From: Pseudomonadota bacterium
GTDB lineage: Bacteria > Desulfobacterota > Desulfobacteria > Desulfobacterales > C00003106
NCBI GenBank assembly: GCA_043818915.1
Contig: JBDRFJ010000166.1
Location: 37,641-101,640, forward strand
Direction of reading: 5' to 3'
DNA: 64,000 nt
Position numbers and translations under genes: made by a program. Every line of letters begins with the position of its first letter. Within the stretch, counting starts at the first letter, position 1. This document shows, piece by piece, positions 44,246 through 52,390 of the stretch. Below the pieces are notes generated by a model. The model did not search any database and was not told the DNA's origin. It was given only the letters and a program-made list of their open reading frames with translations.

Positions 44246-44451
44246 GCGTTGCCCTTCAGAAGGTTGAATACCTCATCCCGGCTTACCGTTTCGGACTCTT
44301 CACCTCGCTGAATGGCACGGATCATGCCCAGATCTTCCATGGCCTCAACAAGAAGGTCATGGACTAAATCTTTTTTTTCTTCCATGGCCTCTATAATCGC
44401 CTGCTTGAAGACTTCTTTGAGCTTGCCGCTATCGGTAGTTAAATCTTCCAT
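44242..44451 (-). CDS. putative cognate antitoxin (69 aa, acidic)
   Basis: Small acidic helical protein, translationally coupled to the toxin. AMEDLGMIRAIQRGEESETVSRDEVFNLL resembles antitoxins paired with RelE/ParE toxins. Confidence 0.65.
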   Translation of the reverse strand: MEDLTTDSGKLKEVFKQAIIEAMEEKKDLVHDLLVEAMEDLGMIRAIQRGEESETVSRDEVFNLLKGNA

Positions 44452-44465
44452 CTTGTACCTCCTGG

Positions 44466-44840
44466 TTACTTTGCAAAACTCTCACGTTGCCATCGCTTTG
44501 CTTCATGTTTCAGGATCATTCCTTCAAGTAACTCCTTGACGGTCTTTTTTTCTTCCGGTGTCAGCTTTGAAATGGCCTCAAAATGAAGACGCAGGTCATC
44601 ATCCGGACCACGTTCATTTTTGTCAAAAATAAGCGTATCTGCGCTTACATGAAGCACAATAGCAATTTTTCGGATCACATCAAGGGTTGGCTGAGAGGTC
44701 CCGCTTTCATAGCGGCGGATTTGTGCCACATGTACCCCAATAAGCTCTCCAAGTTCCTTCTGTGTCAGATTATTCTCTTTTCTCAATAAAGCCAATCGTT
44801 CCGGGAAATCCATATCAAGCACCAATTGTTTTTGATGCAT
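44466..44840 (-). CDS. XRE-family helix-turn-helix regulator
   Basis: LRKENNLTQKELGELIGVHVAQIRRYESGTSQPTLDVIRKIAIVLHVSADTL is a canonical Cro/C1 HTH. It lies 14 nt upstream of the antitoxin gene. RBS GGAGGTG. Confidence 0.85.
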   Translation of the reverse strand: MHQKQLVLDMDFPERLALLRKENNLTQKELGELIGVHVAQIRRYESGTSQPTLDVIRKIAIVLHVSADTLIFDKNERGPDDDLRLHFEAISKLTPEEKKTVKELLEGMILKHEAKRWQRESFAK

Positions 44841-44874
44841 ACTATAACACCTCCTTTTTTCTGCTTAATGCAAT

Positions 44875-44890
44875 ATAGCATATATGCTAT
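44875..44890. promoter_or_regulatory. perfect 16-bp palindrome, candidate operator upstream of the XRE gene
   Basis: ATAGCATATATGCTAT, 35 nt upstream of the XRE start codon. Confidence 0.45.
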
Positions 44891-44996
44891 TAAACAAAAA
44901 GCATATAATCGTCTTGACAGCTTTTTTTGGAGGCAAAGGGGACCCTTTGGTATTTTAGTATATAACGTCCGTGACATTTTAACATTTGAAATAGTA

Positions 44997-45066
44997 GTAA
45001 GTCCTGGCCTTGAAAAATTAAGTTTTCATCATACCAGAAGGCGGTTGAGCTTTTTTCTTAACGGCC
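44997..45066 (+). repeat. direct repeat copy 2 (70 bp) bracketing the TA cassette
   Basis: gtaagtcctggccttgaaaaattaagttttcatcataccagaaggcggttgagcttttttcttaacggcc. The terminator stem is broken by a C-to-G change. Confidence 0.8.
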
Positions 45067-45316
45067 TTCTCCATTTATCCAATAGGAGAAATGTAAAGCC
45101 CTTCCGCCCCGACGTATTATGGTATCGTTGACATGGGCAGTCTCACCATCCTTCGCACCCACAGAAACCAGCCTGCAAGTGTCTGCCCAGGTCGCAGATC
45201 TTGACTGCGCCAGCGTAATCACCGCCCTTGATGCGAGAAAGCTGATTTTGTTGCGCACATGCCCGAGGTGTGTGTGCCCGTAGGGTGTGTGTTCCCAAAA
45301 GGAAGAAGTTGATCTT

Positions 45317-45363
45317 AAAAGGCCGGGCTGCTGAAAATAGTTAGCCCGGCCTTTTGTATTTTT
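45317..45363 (+). terminator. orphan rho-independent terminator with no annotated upstream gene
   Basis: aaaaggccgggct-gctgaaaatagtt-agcccggcctttt followed by gtattttt. Confidence 0.6.
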
Positions 45364-45472
45364 GACTAATTTTATCCCTGTCATGATTTCCACCAATATA
45401 ACGTCCGCCTTGACTTGTTCTAACATTTGATATAGATTTCCCGTCATTAAATAGGCTGGAGCACAGTACGCA

Positions 45473-46207
45473 ATGGTAGAGAAAAACAAAGACAACTTAG
45501 AAGAAACGCCGACCGAGACATTAGCCAGGCTTTATATCAAGCAGGGCTTTCTTGATAAGGGGATAGCGATTTACCGAAAGCTGTGTATTGAGAATCCGGA
45601 CAATGTTGAATTAAAAAAGACATTGGAGGATCTTGAAAGTCGATTTGCCGGCGAAACCGGTCAGACCGAGGGGGGAAAAGGCGATAAGGATGAAGAGATA
45701 TTAAAAGTTCTTGAAAATTGGCTATCTGTAATTCAGGACAAGAAAGAAGGGTCGAAAAGGAGAGAAGCTGTGGGAAAGCATATTCTGGTGATTCATGGTC
45801 CTAATCTCAATATGTTGGGAAAGAGAGAAAAGAATGTCTACGGAACAGTGACATTGGATGAGATTAATGCAGAGCTTGTTGCCGAGGGCGATAAATTGGG
45901 CCTCAGTGTCGAGACCTTTCAGTCCAATCATGAAGGCGCCATAGTGGAGAAGATCCACGACGCTGCTCAGAATTGTCAGGGAGTTATTATAAATCCTGCC
46001 GCATATACCCATACAAGTGTTGCCATCAGGGACGCGTTGCTCATTCTAAGTGTGCCTATCGTTGAAGTACATCTATCGAATATTTACAAAAGAGAACCGT
46101 TTCGCCACAAATCCATGACATCGGATGTTGTCACAGCCCAGATAGCCGGATTGGGTAAGCTGGGTTATATTCTTGCGCTGCGGGCGGTAAGCGAATTGAT
46201 CAAATGA
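45473..46207 (+). CDS. aroQ: type II 3-dehydroquinate dehydratase with ~95-aa N-terminal TPR-like extension
   Basis: AroQ core ILVIHGPNLNMLGKREKNVYG ... INPAAYTHTSVAIRDAL ... VEVHLSNIYKREPFRHKS. An internal GTG at 45769 after AAGGAGAG could be the true aroQ start. Confidence 0.88.
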   Translation: MVEKNKDNLEETPTETLARLYIKQGFLDKGIAIYRKLCIENPDNVELKKTLEDLESRFAGETGQTEGGKGDKDEEILKVLENWLSVIQDKKEGSKRREAVGKHILVIHGPNLNMLGKREKNVYGTVTLDEINAELVAEGDKLGLSVETFQSNHEGAIVEKIHDAAQNCQGVIINPAAYTHTSVAIRDALLILSVPIVEVHLSNIYKREPFRHKSMTSDVVTAQIAGLGKLGYILALRAVSELIK

Positions 46208-46245
46208 TATATGATATTGAAGGAGTATATTTAGGAATTGAGGGT

Positions 46246-46385
46246 CCGCAGATTACACGGATTAGAATGAATTGTCCGTCGTGGCTCATAGCTCATAGGA
46301 ATGACAATGGAATTTTTATTTAAACATTATAAGGAACCAGTTATGTACAGGTATTAATAATCTGCGAAAATCAGCGTAATCTGTG
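46246..46385. repeat. inverted-repeat element with CCGCAGATTACACGGATTA-type arms
   Basis: ccgcagattacacggattag ... taatctgcgaaaatcagcgtaatctgtgg. The arms are imperfect and enclose ~90 nt. Confidence 0.5.
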
Positions 46386-46438
46386 GATAGAATTGTGGTG
46401 GATTGTGACAAACGATAGGAAAGGAAGTAATATAAGAC

Positions 46439-46996
46439 ATGTATAGCACATCAGATTTTAGGAAAGGGCTTAAAATAGAGATAGACGGCAAGCCGTTTGT
46501 GATTACAGAATTTCTTCATGTCAAACCCGGCAAGGGTGGGGCATTTGTTAGGACTAAGTTAAAAAACATGATCACCGGACGAGTGTTGGATCAGACGTTT
46601 CGTTCCGGAGAGAAAGTTGGAAGGCCGGACCTTGAAGAAAAGGAGATGCAGTATCTGTATAAAGACGGCGACACATACTGCATGATGGACAATGCAACGT
46701 ATGAACAGATATTTTTAACTGAGGAACAGGTGGGTGAGAACCGGAACTTTCTCCTCGAAAATATTACGTTAAATGTATTGTTCTATAATAATAAGCCGAT
46801 CGGCTTAGATCTTCCTATTTTTGTAACCCTTACCGTCACACAATCGGAACCGGGGGCTAAGGGCGATACGGCGACCGGCGTTACAAAGCCCGCTACCCTT
46901 GAGACAGGGTATACGCTCAACGTGCCGTTGTTTGTAAATGAGGGTGATAAGATCAAAGTAGATACGCGGACGGGGGCGTATGTGGAAAGAGCATAA
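46439..46996 (+). CDS. efp: elongation factor P
   Basis: FRKGLKIEIDGKPFVITEFLHVKPGKGGAFVRTKLKN with the conserved Lys in KPGKG. Confidence 0.96.
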   Translation: MYSTSDFRKGLKIEIDGKPFVITEFLHVKPGKGGAFVRTKLKNMITGRVLDQTFRSGEKVGRPDLEEKEMQYLYKDGDTYCMMDNATYEQIFLTEEQVGENRNFLLENITLNVLFYNNKPIGLDLPIFVTLTVTQSEPGAKGDTATGVTKPATLETGYTLNVPLFVNEGDKIKVDTRTGAYVERA

Positions 46997-47115
46997 CTCA
47001 TCAGGTTCAAAGTTCAGGAGTTCACGGTTCAGGGTTACCTTTCTTTCGATAACCTTCACTAACCTTGAACCTCTGAACCGTGAACCCAGAACCCCGGACA
47101 AACCTGAGTAGTTAC
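46993..47115. repeat. GTTCACGGTTCA-family palindromic element (123 bp) between the convergent efp and hemB genes
   Basis: ataactcatcaggttcaaagttcaggagttcacggttcagggtt ... aaccttgaacctctgaaccgtgaacccagaacc...aacctgagtagttac. It overlaps the efp stop codon. Confidence 0.7.
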
Positions 47116-47129
47116 TTGGATGGGACACG

Positions 47130-48101
47130 CTAACCGAGTTCTTCCGCAGCCTCAATGGCAAAATAGGTTAGAATCATATCTGCGCCGGCCCGTTTTATGG
47201 AGATTAACATCTCCATCATGGTTCGTTTGCCGTCGAGCCAGCCCATTTTTTCACCAGCCTTGACCATGGAATATTCCCCGCTTACATTGTAGGCGGCGAT
47301 TGGCAGATCGATTTCCTCACGTATTCGCGCAATAATATCCAGATAGGGAAGGGCCGGTTTCACCATAATAATGTCAGCGCCTTCTTCAACATCCATGGTG
47401 GCTTCCCGTATGGCTTCCTGGCTGTTGGCCGGATCCATCTGATAGGTGCGCCGGTCTCCAAACTTAGGCGATGATTCGGCCGCCTCTCGAAAAGGACCGT
47501 AAAAGGCTGAGCAGTACTTGGCGGCATACGACATAATAGGTACCGCGGAGAATCCGTTTTCGTCCAGGGTCACTCGTATCTCAGCCACCCGTCCGTCCAT
47601 CATATCCGAAGGCGCTACCATGTCTGCGCCGGCCTGGGCATGAGAAAGGGCTGTTTTTGCCAGAATCTCAAGACTGGTGTCATTATCTATGACGCCTTCC
47701 CGTACTACACCGCAGTGCCCATGGTCTGTGTATTGGCATAGACAGACATCCGTTATTACAGCCAGACCTGGGACCTCATCCTTTAATGTTTTGATGGTCT
47801 TTTGTACGATTCCGTTTTTTGCGTGTGCCTGGGCGCCCATCGGATCTTTCTTGTCGGGGATTCCAAAAAGGATTATGCCGGGTATCCCGAGATCCCTTGC
47901 GCGTTTTGCCGATTTGACGATATTATCAATAGACATCTGATAGTGTCCCGGCATGGAAGGGATCGGATTTTTGACATTTTTGCCCCCAATTGAAAAAAGA
48001 GGGAGGATTAGATCATCCACGGAAAGTTTAGTTTCCCGTATCATCCGTCTGAATTGTTCGTTTTGTCTCAATCGTCTCGGTCTGTAATCAGGGAAGAGCA
48101 T
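47130..48101 (-). CDS. hemB: porphobilinogen synthase (zinc-type)
   Basis: [18 protein letters not shown], the cysteine-rich metal site [14 protein letters not shown], and the active-site Lys blocks. Confidence 0.95.
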   Translation of the reverse strand: MLFPDYRPRRLRQNEQFRRMIRETKLSVDDLILPLFSIGGKNVKNPIPSMPGHYQMSIDNIVKSAKRARDLGIPGIILFGIPDKKDPMGAQAHAKNGIVQKTIKTLKDEVPGLAVITDVCLCQYTDHGHCGVVREGVIDNDTSLEILAKTALSHAQAGADMVAPSDMMDGRVAEIRVTLDENGFSAVPIMSYAAKYCSAFYGPFREAAESSPKFGDRRTYQMDPANSQEAIREATMDVEEGADIIMVKPALPYLDIIARIREEIDLPIAAYNVSGEYSMVKAGEKMGWLDGKRTMMEMLISIKRAGADMILTYFAIEAAEELG

Positions 48102-48116
48102 GTTTTATATCCTTTC

Positions 48117-49898
48117 TTATTCTTCAAGATCCTTCGTTATATCATCTATGTATTCTTTCTTAATCATATCGTTCAAGTGTTGTTCCGGATTTTCCAATTC
48201 TTTCTTTGTTATGGTAAATGCTTGTTTGCCGGTCTTTTCCTGGATAAGCCTGAATCCGTATTCAAAATCTCCCTTTAGGAGTTTATAAAAATCTCCAAAT
48301 GTCTTTTTAGATTGTATGATCATGGAGGCTATAAAGTCGCGTGCTTCATCATCGAACCTAACCTGAAGACCGTTCGATTTCATAAAATAGTCTTCTAACT
48401 GTTTGATGTGTGCGTATATGGACTTGACCTTTTTTAGGACTCCCGGCATATCCATGGCCCGTGATGCGTAACATAGAGCAATAAGTTCTAATTGAGATTC
48501 ACTCAGGGTGATATCATGCCTTTGGGCGAGGTCTTCCTTATTTCTGGTGACATAGGTTTTTACAGCCTCTTTCTCTTCTGCTTTAATCTTTTCAAGGATC
48601 TCATCCCACTTGGGATCAAACGGTTCGGCAAGAAGCGCCTTTAGTTCTTTTTCAGGGTTTTTTACCACTTTTTCTGTTACTGAAAACTTTTTAATCTCTG
48701 TGGAGGGCAACTTCTTTTCAAAGATTAAAAGAGCCTTTTCAATGGCGCTTACAAGTCCGCGAGCGCCTGTCTGTTCGGCAAATCCCTTTTTAGCCAGCAT
48801 ACGGAGGGCCTTGTTGGCGAACTTGATGTCAATGTCGTATGCCTTAAAGTCCCTTTTTTTGTTTAATATTATAGGATTATTCGGATTTTGCAAAATGGCG
48901 TACAGATCATCTTCAGACAGCTCTGTTAAACTGGTAACAACCGGAATGCGGCCGATAAACTCTGACTCAAATCCGAATTCTATCAGGTCTTCGGATTTAG
49001 CGTACTGCAGAAAGTCGATATTGTCTTTTTTCTTCGCAATGGTGGCCCCGAATCCGATTACACTATGCACCGTCCGTTTTTTTATAATTTCCGCAAGAGC
49101 ATTAAATGCGCCGCTCATAATAAAAAGTATGTTTTTTGTGTTGACCGTGCGCCTTTCCCGTTTCCCTGTCTTACGGTATTGTTCTATTTCTTGAAGCATG
49201 GAAATCGGATCGTGAGGCGTTTTTAAATCGACCTCGGTCTCTTCCATTGGTTTTAATAGAGCGCGTTGTACACCGGCACGTGACACATCAGGTCCCACCA
49301 GATTAGGACTTGCAGCGATTTTGTCAATTTCATCGATATACACAATACCGCATTCAGCCAATTCAATGTCATCGTCGGCTTCTCGGACGAGATCTCGGAT
49401 AATGTCTTCGACATCGCCGCCTACGTAGCCGGTCTCGCTGAATTTTGTAGCGTCACACTTGATAAAAGGTACGCCTATTTTATTGGCGATCAGCTTGATA
49501 AGATAGGTCTTTCCTACACCGGTAGGACCGATCAGAAGGATATTGTTTTTTATCCCTCCCAGAATGTTTTCTTCATCCTCTTCAATATGGGTTTGAGCGT
49601 ATCTGATACGGTTGAAATGTGTACAAATCTTTGTTGCAAGGATAGCCTTGGCGTCCGACTGTTGGACCACATACTGCTCGAGAAAAGCTTCCAATTCTTC
49701 CGGTTTAATAGAAAAATTAATCTTGGCTCGACCTTTTGATTTGTCTCCATCCTCACTATCTTTTTCAAATGTCTCCTTTTGGGGGAGGACAATAGGCGAA
49801 ATAATCTTGATCCGATCGCCGTATTTTTTGGTCAAATAGGAGCTTAATTCTTTTTCGAGTTCCTTGTGAGTAGGCAGTTTTTCGTTTTTTTCACTCAT
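48117..49898 (-). CDS. ClpX-like AAA+ unfoldase paralogue (no zinc-binding domain, long C-terminal extension)
   Basis: GPTGVGKT, pore loop SETGYVGGDVE, GIVYIDEIDKI, IGFGAT (IGF-type loop), EFIGRIPVV and TGARGL. It lacks a CxxC...CxxC N-domain and has ~185 extra C-terminal residues. Confidence 0.75.
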   Translation of the reverse strand: MSEKNEKLPTHKELEKELSSYLTKKYGDRIKIISPIVLPQKETFEKDSEDGDKSKGRAKINFSIKPEELEAFLEQYVVQQSDAKAILATKICTHFNRIRYAQTHIEEDEENILGGIKNNILLIGPTGVGKTYLIKLIANKIGVPFIKCDATKFSETGYVGGDVEDIIRDLVREADDDIELAECGIVYIDEIDKIAASPNLVGPDVSRAGVQRALLKPMEETEVDLKTPHDPISMLQEIEQYRKTGKRERRTVNTKNILFIMSGAFNALAEIIKKRTVHSVIGFGATIAKKKDNIDFLQYAKSEDLIEFGFESEFIGRIPVVTSLTELSEDDLYAILQNPNNPIILNKKRDFKAYDIDIKFANKALRMLAKKGFAEQTGARGLVSAIEKALLIFEKKLPSTEIKKFSVTEKVVKNPEKELKALLAEPFDPKWDEILEKIKAEEKEAVKTYVTRNKEDLAQRHDITLSESQLELIALCYASRAMDMPGVLKKVKSIYAHIKQLEDYFMKSNGLQVRFDDEARDFIASMIIQSKKTFGDFYKLLKGDFEYGFRLIQEKTGKQAFTITKKELENPEQHLNDMIKKEYIDDITKDLEE

Positions 49899-50090
49899 GC
49901 AATACTCCGTTTCTTGTTCTTAAGATAAGAGTTTTAATTTTGACTATAATCATCTTTTAAGGGAATTTCAACCCTATTACATTCCATTTTAGAGCTTTCT
50001 GAAAAGATTTTCAATACAAGTATTTTTTGTTAAATCATCTACTTTGTCCTTGCAATTTTTCCCATATGAGGCGATAAAAAAACATCTTTT

Positions 50091-50137
50091 GTAACTACTC
50101 AGGTTTGTCAGGGTTCACTTTGAACCTGAGCGGTTAC
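50091..50137. repeat. GTTCACGGTTCA-family element, minimal 47-bp hairpin form
   Basis: gtaactactcaggtttgtcagggttcactttgaacctgagcggttac. Confidence 0.7.
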
Positions 50138-50170
50138 CATCTTTTTTAATAAGGTTTCAAGGCTGATTTT

Positions 50171-51055
50171 ATGAAACGACAAAATATATTGTGCGTGGAT
50201 GATGAACCAGGAATCCTGAACGTATTATCTGAAATGGTGACAGAGTTCGGTTATGATTGCGAAGTTGCGCAAGATGGAGTGGAAGCCCTTGAAAAGTTTA
50301 AGAAAGGTTCGTTTGCTATAGTCATTACCGATCTTGAAATGCCAAGGATGAACGGAATGGACCTCCTCCGAGAGTTAGCAAAGGAATATCCGGATGTGGA
50401 CACAATTGCAATTACAGCTCATAACAACAAATATCAGTATACCGACCTGATTGAAGTAGGCGCTTCTGATTTTATAACAAAACCTTTTCACATAAATGAA
50501 TTGCAAGCAAAGTTGAACCGAATTATACGTGAACGCGCCTTAAAGATGGAGTTGACCCGGCTGTCTATGAAGGATGGGTTGACCAACATGAATAACAGAA
50601 GGAGCTTTGATATACGATTAAGCGAGGAGGTTGGCAGGGCGCTCCGACAGCAATATAATCTTTTTTTAGTGTTGTGTGATATAGATAAGTTTAAAGACTA
50701 TAATGATCAATACGGGCACCAGGAAGGGGACGCGGTGCTAATCGCAACAGGAGAAGTTATCGCGGAATCGACCAGGAAGGATGTGGATGTGGGATATCGT
50801 TATGGGGGGGATGAATTTGCCCTTATTATTCCCCAGGCAAATAAAAAACAATGCAAAGATATTACAAATAGGCTCCGCAGAAATTACGAACGCAGAAACT
50901 TTGCGCCGACCTCATTGAGTGTCGGGGTCGCCAAGTTGGAAGATATTGGCAAGGACGTGCACGACAACGTTAACAACCTGATACGACAGGCCGATGACGC
51001 CCTTTATAAGTGCAAACGAAATGGGGGGAACGGAATTGTTTTTTATGGCGAATAA
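50171..51055 (+). CDS. response-regulator receiver / GGDEF diguanylate cyclase
   Basis: Receiver domain (ILCVDDEPG...VITDLEMPRMNG...ITKP) followed by a GGDEF domain with an intact RYGGDEF active site. Confidence 0.88.
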   Translation: MKRQNILCVDDEPGILNVLSEMVTEFGYDCEVAQDGVEALEKFKKGSFAIVITDLEMPRMNGMDLLRELAKEYPDVDTIAITAHNNKYQYTDLIEVGASDFITKPFHINELQAKLNRIIRERALKMELTRLSMKDGLTNMNNRRSFDIRLSEEVGRALRQQYNLFLVLCDIDKFKDYNDQYGHQEGDAVLIATGEVIAESTRKDVDVGYRYGGDEFALIIPQANKKQCKDITNRLRRNYERRNFAPTSLSVGVAKLEDIGKDVHDNVNNLIRQADDALYKCKRNGGNGIVFYGE

Positions 51056-51066
51056 GGTCAATCGTG

Positions 51067-52371
51067 TTATGATTTACACCCAATAACTTTTTTGCCTTCA
51101 AGGCGCATGAGCCTTACTCTGGTTAGCCTGTTTGAACTGTCTGTTTTACCCTCCAAGACCACAGGAATATAGTTGCCGGTCAGGCCTTTCAACCTGCCGG
51201 TCATTCGATCCGGGGTTTCTTCTACCAGCATCGATACCTTTTGACCCATGAAGCGATTATAAAAGGCCTTCCGTTTTTCCTCATCCAACCTTTTTAATGC
51301 CATACACCGTTGCTTAATGGTTTGAGATGGGATCTGATCGCTAAAATCATAAGCCGGTGTTCCAAGGCGTCTTGAAAATGGAAATATATGCAAATATGAG
51401 ACAGGAAGGTCCCGAATCAATGAGATAGTGTTTGCAAAACATCCGTCACTTTCCCCGGGGAACCCCACCAATACGTCCACACCGATCCCAATGTCAGGGA
51501 TTCGCAGATTAAGTTTTGCAATTAAGTTCTTGTAGAATTGTGAGGAATACCTTCGGTTCATCCGTTTCAGGATTCTGTCGTCTCCGCTCTGAAGAGGAAT
51601 GTGGAGGTGATGACAAACTTTTTTCGAACTCGCTATAAAGTCGATCAAATCGTCTGATATTTCCGTTGGCTCTATGGAACTAAGTCGTACTCTTAGATTC
51701 ACGGGGGATGACTCGATTTTCTTTAAGACGTGCAAAATATCTGTGGCAGGGGTGAGATCCAACCCATACTTTCCCAGGTGAATTCCGGTCAGGACCACTT
51801 CCCGGTAACCTTTGTCAGACATCTCTTTTATTCGCTCCAAAAGTATTTCCGGAGGGAGACTGCTGCTCCTACCACGCGCATATGGGACAATACAATAAGA
51901 GCAGAAGGCATTGCAACCATCCTGAATCTTGAGAAACGGACGTGTCCTGCCTGCAAAGTGTGAGACAGGCATATCCTGAAAGGGGATGTGGCGCTTTATG
52001 TCTTGTACGTCAACCATAGGCAAATCACAATGTTTTAGCCCATCTGCTATCACTGCAACCTGTGGTTTCTTGTAGTGTCCTATGATATAATCTACACCGG
52101 CAATCGCGCCAATCTCTTCGGAGGCCACCTGGGCGTAACAGCCGGTTACGATAATGACGGCGTCAGGATTTGATTTAATCGCCTGCCGAATTGCCTGGCG
52201 GGACTGCATGGATGCCTTTTGGGTCACCGTGCAGGTATTGATTATGCAAAGGTCGACAGGGGAATGCTTGGGGACGGATTTCCATCCCAATCGATTCATC
52301 CCTTCCATTATAGAGGCTGATTCGTACTGGTTTACTTTGCAGCCGAGAGTGATTATATTAAACCGTTTCAT
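51067..52371 (-). CDS. mtaB: MtaB-type radical SAM methylthiotransferase
   Basis: FNIITLGCKVNQYES N-domain, radical SAM CNAFCSYC, and a C-terminal TRAM-like domain. The ORF-track start at 52431 runs into a repeat, so ATG 52371 is preferred. Confidence 0.82.
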   Translation of the reverse strand: MKRFNIITLGCKVNQYESASIMEGMNRLGWKSVPKHSPVDLCIINTCTVTQKASMQSRQAIRQAIKSNPDAVIIVTGCYAQVASEEIGAIAGVDYIIGHYKKPQVAVIADGLKHCDLPMVDVQDIKRHIPFQDMPVSHFAGRTRPFLKIQDGCNAFCSYCIVPYARGRSSSLPPEILLERIKEMSDKGYREVVLTGIHLGKYGLDLTPATDILHVLKKIESSPVNLRVRLSSIEPTEISDDLIDFIASSKKVCHHLHIPLQSGDDRILKRMNRRYSSQFYKNLIAKLNLRIPDIGIGVDVLVGFPGESDGCFANTISLIRDLPVSYLHIFPFSRRLGTPAYDFSDQIPSQTIKQRCMALKRLDEEKRKAFYNRFMGQKVSMLVEETPDRMTGRLKGLTGNYIPVVLEGKTDSSNRLTRVRLMRLEGKKVIGCKS

Positions 52372-52390
52372 ACGATATTCCATTAGGGGG

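Noticed and set aside
45058-45495. 145-aa minus-strand ORF with a GHTH-like string, considered as a metallophosphoesterase remnant
   Set aside because: The match is only a four-residue string. The ORF also spans a strong terminator hairpin and the aroQ promoter and start region. That is not enough to call a gene or pseudogene.
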